In this document: positions 52,841-64,000 of the stretch, piece after piece | Layout of the letters: every line of letters begins with the position of its first letter | How positions within the stretch are numbered: position 1 is the stretch's first letter | Source of the DNA: Octopus sinensis | Lineage: Eukaryota | Direction of reading: 5' to 3' | Length of the DNA: 64,000 nt | Assembly (NCBI RefSeq): GCF_006345805.1 | Contig: NC_042999.1 | Coordinates: 47,864,001-47,928,000, forward strand | The notes under the pieces: generated by a model | The model's database searches: none | Seen by the model: the letters and a program-made list of their open reading frames with translations, nothing else | Told to the model about the DNA's origin: nothing | Program-made: the position numbers and the translations under genes

Positions 52841-53627
52841 CCTTCGTAATTATCAATGTTAAAATATGTGAGATGACAGGATCAGAATCATGAACGCGTC
52901 GGACAAAATAAGTAGCGGCGTTTATCGTGATCCACGTTCTGCTTTCAAATTCAGCAGAGGCCAGTTTTACTTTAATCTTTTTTTGAGGTCTATGAAATAA
53001 GTACTTGTTGAGCACTGGTACTGATGTACTCAACAAGCTCCCTCTCCAAAATTTCAGGCGTTCTGCGTATAGTAGGAAGATTATTATTGGGGAAGATTAT
53101 TATTATTTGTTGTTTAATTTTTTTCTCTTTTATTTGCTCAGCAGAAGCTCGATTGATTAGAATTGTAATCAGATATTTTCCTGTCAAGATTATTCATTTA
53201 GCTCTTAATGTTCTAACTTATTAGACGTTAGGGTGAACTTAGATGGAGATGAAGCTACTAACTGTGGAGTGTCTGCGTAGATGCTGCTTCGTGTGTTGTT
53301 TGCTTCTTTGCTGTTGGAGCTACTTTTTATTTAACATTGATTATCCTGATACTATGTTTTATTCTAATATCTAGAAGATAAGCCAATTCATCCTCCTTTA
53401 TTAAAGATATTAGGCTATGTTTAAGGGGATAATTGACTGTGATTTCTCCTCGGTCAGTCAAATACAAATAGGTTCTCTTGCTTTCTATTTTTCACTTCCC
53501 ATTGGTGTTTACAACGTCCCGGTATTTTCTTTATAAACGTTTACGCAAAATCGAGCTATACTACATAAAAGAAGAATCACGTTTCTGAGTGTATCTAACA
53601 AATTTTATGCGTAAGCACAATGAAATG

Positions 53628-53867
53628 GTATGGAGCTTAGTGGTTAGGGTGTCAGCATCATGATCGTAAGATTGTGGTTGCGATACCTGGACCGGGCGAC
53701 GCGTTGTGTTCTTGAGCAAAACACTTCATTTCACGTTGCTCCAGTCCACTCAGCTGGCAAAAATGAGTAACTCTGCGATGGACTGGCGTCCCGTCCAGCT
53801 AGGGAATACATACGCCATAGAAACCGGGAAACCGGGCCCATGAGCCTGGCTAGGCTTGAAAAGGGCG
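53628..53867 (+). mobile_element. SINE family C, tail type 2
   Basis: GCTTAGTGGTTAGGGTGTC..CTTGAGCAAAACAC..CTGCGATGGACTGGCGTCCCGTCCAG..GGCTTGAAAAGGGCG. Confidence 0.88.
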
Positions 53868-54015
53868 GATTTATTATATTTATTACAATGAAATGGTAAC
53901 GTTACCTTTGTTATATTATTTCCGTTATCCTGCATTTGAGAATTTAAAATCACTTCTTTAACTTTCTAAGACATCTCAACGCTTCTAAAGCAAACGTTCA
54001 TCGTAATTTGAATTA

Positions 54016-54423
54016 CGCAGGAGTGGCTGTGTGGTAAGTAGCTTGCTAACCAACCACATGGTTCCGGGTTCAGTCCCACTGCGTGGCATCTTGGGCAGGT
54101 GTCTTCTGCTATAGCCCCGGGCCGACCAATGCCTTGTGAGTGGATTTGGTAGACGGAAACTGAAAGAAGCCTGTCGTATATATGTATATATATATGTAAG
54201 TGTTTGTGTATATGTTTGTGTGTCTGTGTTTGTCCCCCTAGCATTGCTTGACAACCAATGCTGGTGTGTTTACGTCCCCGTCACTTAGCGGTTCGGCAAA
54301 AGAAACCGATAGAATAAGTACTGGGCTTACAAAGAATAAGTCCCGGATTCGATTTGCTCGACTAAAGGTGGTGCTCCAGCATGGCCGCAGTCAAATGACT
54401 GAAACAAGTAAAAGAGTGAAAGA

Positions 54424-54424
<1 letters not shown>
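54016..54424 (+). mobile_element. SINE family A, full length
   Basis: CGCAGGAGTGGCTGTGTGGTAAG to AAAAGAGTGAAAGAG. Confidence 0.92.
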
Positions 54425-54477
<53 letters not shown>

Positions 54478-55064
54478 GTGTGTGTATGTATTTATGTATA
54501 TGTGTTTGTGCATTTTGTGTGAACATGTACATGGCTTACAATGATTTACAGTGCGGGTATACCTGTATATTTAAGATGTTTGCTTCAGAATAATAAGTAA
54601 CCAGGTTTCATATCAATGCGATAGCTACGAATATATATCCAAGAAATCTTTGGACAATCTATGGTTATGGCTTTGCTATCGAACAGCGGGATCGGGTTTT
54701 CGGAAACTGTGAGCTAATGACTTGCATAGACAACTCCCTATAATTCAAAAGCCTTATATAATTTCACACTCTCTCAAGCTTATTGAGACGCATGATTGAA
54801 TTTACTATATTAGAGCCAATTAAATGGACAGCTACTTAATATTTTATTGGGTAAGTAATTCTATAATCAAAAACTAATCCTCCACATGAACAGATTATCA
54901 ATTTAATGCATTCTCACATAAGAATTAAAGAAATACATTTACATACAGAAATTAAAGAAATATGTTTCGTAGGTGATTAGATGGCAGTTCGTCATATATT
55001 TATAGAACTAAGTGAAAAGGAGATAATGTTTATTTTGATTTGTTTCATTCATATTACAATGAAG

Positions 55065-55352
55065 GTGACTCACGATTGTAAGGTCGTGTGTTCAATTCCC
55101 AGTAATGCCTTGTGTCCTTGAGCAAGACAACTTATTTCACATGGCTCCAGACCACTCAGCTGGCAAAAATGAGTAGTACCTGTATTTCAAAGGGCCGCCT
55201 TGTCATACACTGTGTCACGCTGAATCGCCTTCAGAAATACATTAGGGGTACATGTGTCTGTGGAGTGCACAGCAACTTGCATGTTAATTTCACGAACATG
55301 CTGCTCCGTTGATCGTATCAACTGGGACCCTGGTCGTAGTAACCGACGGAGC
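55065..55352 (+). mobile_element. SINE family C, tail type 1
   Basis: CCTTGAGCAAGAC..CAGCTGGCAAAAATGAGTAGTACC..GTAACCGACGGAG. Confidence 0.82.
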
Positions 55353-56010
55353 GTTCTTAATTCATATTACAAATGGCTGAATTCATGCCTGTATGACAAC
55401 TAAGCATCATACATTTATCTATATTGCCTTCCATATGACAATAGGCAATACTTGAATATATATAATTTTAAATATGAACACACATACAGACACAGGCACT
55501 CGTAAACATAATAGAGGCGCATTCGTTGTATTGGGCTCCCAACGCGACTTCGACTCTTAGGAGGTGTTGTTATAAAAAACGTTCTGTGTTGAGTATTTAA
55601 ATCGTGCCGCATATATTTCCGTGTATAACGAAAGTCTATTTCTTACGCAAAGTAAGAGAAAAGAACCGTCCCCGTTCTGGACTGGTATAAATTTGTCGAC
55701 AAGCAAGATTGAGAGACCAATATAACTTGAGTAGCAGGATGGATAATGTACGACATTCTCTCCAGCACTCACACGATTTGCCGCCTCATTATACACACAT
55801 ATGTACGCTCACACACGCAGAAACATAGACAACACACGCACACGGTTGTATTGATGTACGCGTTTCTGACACCGATTATGATTCCTTTGTTACGAAGAGT
55901 TTAAGTGAATTGAATACACCGATTTGCATGTGAAAAGCATTCATGCAAAATATTTTGATTAATAAAATAGTGAGATGTTAAGCGTTGCGCTCTAATGCTA
56001 CGCAGTACTA

Positions 56011-56233
56011 CGTGAGGATGCTGAAATGTTCCTGGCTTAAAGGTGTCGCGAAAGGCGTGGCTGGTGGCCCACCTTTCTAATTTCTTTTACAGGGCTTAAA
56101 AAATTGAGGGACTATTGCAATAACTGGGTAAATCGGAGAGGGGAATATGTTAAATAAAATCATAATTAACTGATTCTCCCGTATTATATTCTTTTTTACC
56201 CAAACCCAGAACTTTTCAGCTCCCAATCCCCCG
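56011..56233 (+). mobile_element. About 220-bp mariner-derived MITE, copy 2
   Basis: TA at 56009-10 and 56234-35; ends CGTGAGGATGCTGAAATGTTCCTGGCTT / AAACCCAGAACTTTTCAGC..CCCCG; retains mariner C-terminus FTGLKKLRDYCNNWVNRRGEYVK*. Confidence 0.72.
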
Positions 56234-57069
56234 TATACAGTATGCATTTAGATGAATAACACTTCCCTTTTTCCACAGGAGAATCGTTGGATTCGGTTCA
56301 ACATTGGCCGAAATCCATCACTTGCAAAGAAAACTCTATTAAGTTGCAGTTTAATAAAAGAGATGATTTACAAACACACAAAACATGCTGATTGAATGAT
56401 GAATATTAATAACAAAAGTTATGCCCATATTTCTATGACTTTCAAATTAACCCACCTTCATACGGATAACTTCTATACAATACCTATTTACAATATTTTA
56501 ATGAGAACTGTATCAGACCAACCAAAGTTATAACAGTAAATATTTACTGATGGTGCCAAGATGTGAAACTGAATTCGGAAATACACGACTGCGAAACGAA
56601 TATCTTAACAAGACACTAATGTCTGAATTTATTACCTTCCAACTTATTAAGCTCACATGAGTTGGTGTGTCGATCGGGATATCACATAAATCAATCGACC
56701 GCATGGGACTCTTATTGGGTTTCACTTGTCCCCACTTGTGGTGTGTGTGTATCTGTTTATGTATGTATGTTTGTATATATGGATATGCTTGCACGAACAT
56801 AAATATCGATACAGCTTTATAAATAATTTCATCTATTACACTCGTTCCTAAATGCATGTAAGTGCCAACATATGCTTGCGTACATGAGTTGGCATGCACA
56901 CACTCAGTATATATCAACAACAACAATAACAATGATATTAAGCATTTTTAAAATAGGGACATCGCTAGGGATTTTCTGTATGGATTAGTCGATTAGATCC
57001 ACCTAGGGTACCTCATTACTACTTTATGTTATATATTTCAAAATGTGGTTATGTGACAGAATACAGAGC

Positions 57070-57260
57070 ACTCCAGATAAAATGCTTAGCGGCATTTCGT
57101 CAGTCTCTGCATGCTGAGTTCCAACTCCGCTGAGGTCGATTTTACCTCTCATCCTTTCGGGGTCAATGATATAAGTAACACTCTAATACAAGCATCGATG
57201 TAAACGACTAGCCCCCACCTCCCCTACAAATTTCAGGCTGTGTGCCAATACTTGAAAGGA
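57070..57260 (+). mobile_element. SINE family B, old copy (tail B)
   Basis: AAATGCTTAGCGGCATTTCGTC..TCATCCTTTCGGGGTCAAT..AAATTTCAGGCTGTGTGCC. Confidence 0.62.
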
Positions 57261-57719
57261 TTTTATGGATTAAGAAAAATCGAAGATTGACCTCAGCTGG
57301 TTTTGAACATGTTAAACAGTTGTAACGTTTTTTCGTCCCAAGCTCTAACAGTTCAGTCAATCTACTGCCCTATATTCCGGTATACGCACAATGACAACGA
57401 TTTCTATAGACGAGGTAGTTAGCCGAGTAAATCGACAACAGCACTGGGCAGGTACGTAATTTTATGTAAGCAAAATACTCCACCAACGTAGGACTTGGGA
57501 TTGAATGGAAAAGGGCTAAGATTAATCGCAGGAAAGAGATCCGGTAATGACAACCAACACAGCAACAACAAATTACCGCAATTAATAAATTTCAGAATGA
57601 AAAAAAAAAAGCAACAATCACAAACATAATATCATGAACATAACCTTCTACACACATAGAGAAATAAAGTACATTTATTTACTTATATCAATAATATATA
57701 ACCAAAATTGAATGTTTAC

Positions 57720-57860
57720 GTATATATGCATACAAAAGCATGCATTTCATATATAGTTGTGCATACATGTAGGTATGTATATATATATATATATATGCAT
57801 GTAAGTTTGTATATGTGCACATGCATATAAGTCTATACATGTGTGCGATTTGTGATTATA

Positions 57861-57897
<37 letters not shown>

Positions 57898-57998
57898 GTG
57901 TGCGTGTGTGTACATATATATGCATATACATATACATAAATACATCCACACATATACATATATACATACATATATATATATTATATATATATATATAT

Positions 57999-58031
<33 letters not shown>

Positions 58032-58035
58032 CACC
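57720..58035. repeat. (TA)n/(CA)n compound microsatellite
   Basis: Direct reading. Confidence 0.9.
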
Positions 58036-58544
58036 CACATTTATTGCTTTTAATGGGGAAGGCCAGTTCCAGTTGATGGGGTTAGCCTGGGTTTCCCGTC
58101 CATAAAGGTGTATGTATTTATATATTTATATACTCTTTCGCATGGACAAAAATTGTGTGTGCCTAAGTTTATTAAAACAATTTGACATTCGATCTTAGTA
58201 TTGTTAACCCTGCGTTTTGAGTGGCCAAATGTTATTTTTTTTTTCAAAGTCGGTGACCCCAGAATTTATATGCGGATGTGTGTGTGTGAGACGGGACAGC
58301 GTGTATGTGTGAGTGTCTGCTTATGTCTCTATGCAGGTGTGCGTGATTCACGTGGGCTTGCGATTAATTTGGTCTGCGTGTATGTAAATACAAGAGCATC
58401 GACATTTGAAGTTATGTGAATCTACGCTTACATATACGTATACATGCATGTCAATAATACAGGTATAATGGCGTGTTTGCAAGCACACGTAGCACCACAC
58501 ACGTGGGTACATAAAATGGCATATAATTCCTTTACATATAACGA

Positions 58545-58599
58545 TATATACATACATGTGTGCATATATATACATGTGTGTTCATATGTGTGTGTATGT

Positions 58600-58653
<54 letters not shown>

Positions 58654-58730
58654 TTATGTATAGATACATACGTATGTATATATATATATATATATATACA
58701 TACATATATATATATATTATATATACACAG

Positions 58731-58766
<36 letters not shown>

Positions 58767-58820
58767 TATACATATATACATACATACATTCGTACATATA
58801 TATATATATATATATGCGCA
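58545..58820. repeat. (TA)n compound microsatellite
   Basis: Direct reading. Confidence 0.9.
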
Positions 58821-59514
58821 CGCACAAACATGAACATACGCATTTGCAATTCTCATGCACATATAAATATAAATATGCACATATAAATTAATATTTTATT
58901 TGACACGTTTCAGTGCAAACTTACCTCCCTTCCTGTGATATGGTACATGCAGGAGCAGTAGTTATTATTCTTAGTTACCTCCCTACTGTAGCAGTATGGT
59001 ATCTGGATTTTAAATTCTCAGTGTTTTGGGTTTTTTTCTCCTCTCCGCTTTTTTAGTCTTTGCTTTTTTTTTTTCTTGTTTGTTTGTTTGTTTGTTTTGT
59101 TTTTGTTGTTTTTTATTCGAAAGATGCACTTGTAACTTGTCTGCAGTTATTTCATGGGCCAGCTGTTGTCGAAAGTATTAATGCTGTTTAGCACTCATCG
59201 TTGCTCTTCTTAGTTGTAGCCCTGTGAATTGCGGTAGCGAGCTACGTGAGTTTATGAGAGAACGTAAACGTTCATAATAGCTTTATGCGGTACTTGGCAT
59301 GTGCATGTATATAGATCGAGTTTTTCTTATTTAGCTGCTAGGAAACAATGAACGCCCACATGCACATAGTCTATGCAAATAATGACAAATACACACACAC
59401 ACACACGCACACATTATACGCTGAATATACACTCAAACACAATTTATATACAAGCTTACACACGTGAAATCAAGTTTACACACAAAAACAAATGCAAATT
59501 TAGTGTGAGTGCGT

Positions 59515-59670
59515 GTGTCTATATAATATATATATATATATATATATATGATGCTATGTATGCACACACACACACATATGTATGTGTGCATGCACATATA
59601 TGTATATATATGTATATTAATAATATGCACACATATACATATGTAAATACACACACACATATATATATAC

Positions 59671-59725
<55 letters not shown>

Positions 59726-59727
59726 CG

Positions 59728-59759
<32 letters not shown>

Positions 59760-60090
59760 ATATATATATATATTATATATATATATACATATATACATAT
59801 GTACATATATACATATATATATGTATTTATGTATGTATGTATGTATTTATGTACGTATGTACATACATACATACATGTCTGTCATTGAATATGTTATACA
59901 TGCATGATAAAGCACGCGTACTTATACACACATACACAGCATACCTATATATAAAGATGTACAAATATCTGTGCCAGTGTGGTGCGTGTGTGTGTGAGTG
60001 TGCGCGCAGTTGTGTGTGTCTGTGTGTGTGTGAGTGTGTGTGTGTGTGTATGTGTGTCTGTGTGTCTGTGTGTGTGTGGTGTGTTTATGT
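59515..60090. repeat. (TA)n, (TATG)n and (TG)n compound microsatellites
   Basis: Direct reading. Confidence 0.9.
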
Positions 60091-60337
60091 GTGCGGGCTG
60101 CACTCAGGATGGCAAATATATAGTTTTGAATCCCAGACCAGGCTTACCTTATATTTTTTTACCATGACACTTCAATTTAACCTTTACGCAATCCACTCAA
60201 CCCTAAACCTGCGACATACTGACATACCTTTGAAGGGGCACACTCCGAACGCAGTCAATTATACGACACAGAAACTGGATAACCAACATTATAAATTCAA
60301 AAACTTGAAAAAGAAATGCCCAGGGTACTTATTTTAA

Positions 60338-60349
60338 TGTGTGTGTATA

Positions 60350-60417
<68 letters not shown>

Positions 60418-60435
60418 ATATATATATACATATAT

Positions 60436-60520
<85 letters not shown>

Positions 60521-60627
60521 GTTTGTATGTACGTATATGTATATGTGTGTGTGTCGCTATATGCGTGTGCGTTTAAGCGCGATCGTATCTGCATGTTTGT
60601 GTGTAGGTGTGCATTTTATAGGTGTAT

Positions 60628-60694
<67 letters not shown>

Positions 60695-60725
60695 ACTTAT
60701 ATTTGCAGGTATGCATGTACGTATA
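60338..60725. repeat. (TA)n/(TG)n compound microsatellite
   Basis: Direct reading. Confidence 0.9.
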
Positions 60726-61312
60726 TACTAAACCGTAAGCCGCCATATGACGGGCAACTTTCTGGGTATGCTTTCTACACTTTGGCAAATATTAGAGAAT
60801 AATACAAACATACAATAGTCATAATTAAATTCTGGTCTTCTATTTTATTCGTGTTTATAGAATATGATGTAATGAATAATAATTGTTAAAGGAGAACAAA
60901 AAAGCATCGTTATTGACTTAAAATAAAATTCAATGAATTAATATTCTCATATGTATATTTGCAATCAATACGTTATCTTTAAAAATTTTTATCAACTCTA
61001 CCACACTGTTCTCCATCGAAGATAATTCTCTCAAAAGTATAAAAAAAAAAAAAAAACGTGTGTTTATTGGCTATTATATTACACTCATTCTTCTCATTCT
61101 ATGATATTTCTTTCTGCATCTCTCATTTATTTTCTCTCTATATCATTTATCTCTCACTCTCTCTCTCTCTCTCTGTCTCCGTTTGTCTGTATAAGATATA
61201 AAGTGTGGCAGGAGACATGAACCAGGCAATATTTTCACGGGACACACGGGCGCGCACATACATTCAAGCTGACACATGCACACACACACATTCACACACA
61301 CAGATACGTATA

Positions 61313-61350
<38 letters not shown>

Positions 61351-61516
61351 TAAAGGACTGACCACTATAAATGGTCAGTCCTTTAAATTTTGTATGTAAA
61401 AAATATTTTTTTCTTCGGATTTTTTTAAACATGCTAGGCAACTGGTTTTAATTGAGTAATATCAATTTCTACCCTTATTCAATTTTATATATATATATAT
61501 ATATATATACATATAG

Positions 61517-62421
61517 GGGCTGTTTTCGGGATAAACTTGCCCAATGTTTATCTCCTTTTTCTGAAGATTATCTTGATGTATTCGTTAACAGTGAAGGGCG
61601 TTGCAGAGCATATATATTAAAGTTACTGTTGGGAAAGAAGTAGCTGACATAGAGGACTGCAAGCCATATGAATACTGGAAAATTCCTACCTGTATAACGA
61701 TTACTCGTGCCGGGTATGAAATCTCCGATACTATGACTTTTGCTCAATGCTCTCTAATAACACACTAAAAGTTGTCGGATGTGACATGGACAGCTACAGC
61801 GGTGACTACGAAGCTGTAGTTAACGTGAATGGATACATCTAAGTTTCTGACTACGTTCGCACTCCCGAATTCATCTAACTATTGATGAACAGCGTGTTAG
61901 GCTCAGTTCAGAGCCCTAGGATAAACTATTGAAAATTGTGTTTAAACCCTGGTTGACGAGAGTTGCTTTCTGAATGTAATGCTGCGATATCAGGTTTTGG
62001 GGCCTAGCCACATCTCCTCAAGGTGTCAGAAGTGGTTGTTAAAGAATTTCTATGACCACAATAGTTCGAATTTCTAGACCTTTAATTTCTCCAAATGTAA
62101 CCCCATAGATTACTACTTGTGAGACACGATTGAGGAAGACAACACACATTCACCTTCCAACGCTAAGGCCGAGCTGTTGGCAAAGATGAAGAAAGTGTTC
62201 GAAGATCGTCCCGGCGGCACACTGAGGAACGCATGCACCATTTCCAGAGCTGTCCTGTGGCCGTAAAGAAAGCTGTAGGCGGCTGCTTTGAGTAAACAAT
62301 TTCCTCCCAGCATGAAACCCGTTGACATCATTTTGATGTTTGAAAACATTTATTTTTAGATGGAATATTTTGTTTACTTCTTTCTTTTATGAAAAATGTA
62401 CTAGCTAACCCAAACACCCAG
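61517..62421 (+). mobile_element. Internally deleted Tc1/mariner (maT/DD37D-like) element
   Basis: Left end GGGGCTGTTTTCGGGATAAACTTG; N-terminal remnant KPYEYWK..RTPEF; C-terminal KLLKIVFKPWLTRVA, CQKWLLKNFYD, CNPIDYY, KAELLAKMKKVFED, GGCFE*; degenerate right end AACACCCAG-TA. Confidence 0.75.
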
Positions 62422-62836
62422 TATCAATAAGTTTATCGTTTATCTTTCAGCCTAGAATTCATTTGGCTTGCTGGCCGGATCCTATGACCAAGACCAAGCT
62501 CACGTTTCCCAGAACTGCAAACTGATTTCAAATTGAACAATTTTGAAAGGAAACGACCGTTCGATTATATCACTCGCAATTGTAATTTATCGAACTTGAC
62601 AATAAAAAAAAAAAAAAACAGTTCAATTCGGTGTGATTTGAACTCACAAACTAAAGCGACTCATATGCCGCTAGATACTTTGTCTCACCTGCTAAAGATG
62701 ATGGCAACTCGTCGCCCTTTGTGTGTGTGAGTGTGTGTGTGTGTGCATGCATGTGTGTATGTGTGTGAGTTTCTGTGTGCGTGCGTATATGAATAGATTG
62801 ATAGATAGACAGAAAGACCTGAGATAACAAAGAAAC

Positions 62837-62844
<8 letters not shown>

Positions 62845-62883
<39 letters not shown>

Positions 62884-62885
62884 CG
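62845..62885. repeat. (GATA)n microsatellite
   Basis: Direct reading. Confidence 0.95.
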
Positions 62886-63089
62886 ATCGAACAAAAAGCT
62901 CGTTGGAAGAACACTAGTATCATACGGCGCTACCTTGTGTGTGACAGTAGCATTGTATACGCTTCATATTTAGATTATCTTTCATAAAGAGATCGTATTT
63001 TATTGCTGCATTTGTAAGTCATAACTTGGCCCTGCAGTAAACAACTGATGGATATTTAAATTCAAAGAATATCAGTGTTGTCCGGACGG

Positions 63090-63280
63090 TGAGATGGTAA
63101 AATCATTACAGCGCCAAAGGAAAATATTAGCAGTATTGTTATGGCCATATGTTCTGAGTTCAAATGTCATGAGGTCGACTTTACTGTACATCTTGGAATC
63201 GATAAATAAATGACAGTTCAGCACTGTGGTCTATATAATCGACTAGGTACTTCACAAAAATTGTAGGCCCAAGGCCTACA
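63090..63280 (+). mobile_element. SINE family B, degenerate
   Basis: GTTCTGAGTTCAAAT..GAGGTCGACTTT..CGATAAATAAATGAC. Confidence 0.45.
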
Positions 63281-63553
63281 ATTTTAAATATATTTTAATG
63301 TGGAGAGGCGGTGATTGACAAAAGCTTCGGTGGATCGGTCGTAGAATGATTATGCTACAAGCAATTCTGTCGTTGTCGTGCAAATGTGTACAAGAGAGGC
63401 AGTGCGTCGATCAGAACGGGTTTCTCTACGTGTATACAATACAGAAGAATACACCCAGGAAAATGTAAGCTAGAATCCTATGTGCAACCATCGATAATAT
63501 CCGCGATATTTGAAACCGGTTTTTACGCGCTATTGTTTATAGTGATTCTAAAA

Positions 63554-63803
63554 GGTGGCGAGCTGGCAGAAACGTTAGCACGCCGGGCGAAATGCATAGC
63601 CGTATTTCGTCTGCCGTTACGTTCAGAGTTCAAATTCCGCCGAGGTCGACTTTGTCTTTCATCCTTTCGGGATCGATAAATTAAGGACCTGTTACGCACT
63701 GGGGTCGATGCAATCGACTTAATCCGTGTGTCTGTCCTTGTTTGTCCTCTCTGTGTTTAGACCCTTGTGGGTAATACAGAAACAGGTATCTCGACTGTCT
63801 TTA
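63554..63803 (+). mobile_element. SINE family B young copy (tail A) followed by a 14-bp body remnant
   Basis: Ends AAACAGGTAT then CTCGACTGTCTTTA. Confidence 0.9.
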
Positions 63804-63808
63804 TGAAA

Positions 63809-64000
63809 GGCGGCGAGCTGGCAGAAACGTTAGCACGCAGGGCGAAATGTTCAGCAGTATTTCGTCTGTCGCTACGTTCTTAGTTCAAATTCCGCCGTGG
63901 TCGACTTTGCCTTTCATCCTTTCGGGGTCGATAAATTAAGTACCAGTTACGCACTGGGATCGATATAGTCGCCTTAATCCTTTTGTCTCTCCTTGTTTGT
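63809..64000 (+). mobile_element. SINE family B young copy, runs off the window end
   Basis: GGCGGCGAGCTGGCAGAAACGTTAGCACG..GCCTTTCATCCTTTCGGGGTCGATAAATTAAGTACCAG. Confidence 0.9.

Noticed and set aside
63345-63462. Possible exon NDYATSNSVVVVQMCTREAVRRSERVSLRVYNTEEYTQEN with GTAAGC donor
   Set aside because: Acceptor lacks a pyrimidine tract, it is wedged between SINE B copies, and there is no homology.

Overview
Eukaryotic, very AT-rich, repeat-dominated non-coding DNA (intergenic or large-intron). The tRNA-derived SINE families and extreme (TA)n/(CA)n load look like an octopus (coleoid cephalopod) genome; this species call is from recognition, not a search. I found no host protein-coding gene, rRNA, true tRNA or CRISPR array that I can support, and nearly all ORFs in the track are microsatellite read-throughs. 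Supported content: three tRNA-head SINE families (about 35 copies or fragments), decayed Tc1/mariner elements (Tc1, two maT-like, one mariner, two MITE-like families), two R4/Dong-like RLE LINE fragments, an RTE LINE 3' end, two Helitron/Helentron-type non-autonomous elements, short Penelope-like fragments with hammerhead-ribozyme-like cores, and many simple repeats. The best leads are: (1) a young SINE unit repeatedly sitting inside older copies of its own family at the same GGTAT site; (2) an 88-bp palindrome whose only three mismatches are all G:T; (3) minimal hammerhead-like motifs in two dispersed repeat subfamilies; (4) two R4-like LINEs joined by a triplet microsatellite. Repeat boundaries are approximate (+/-10-20 bp) unless a TSD or TIR is quoted.
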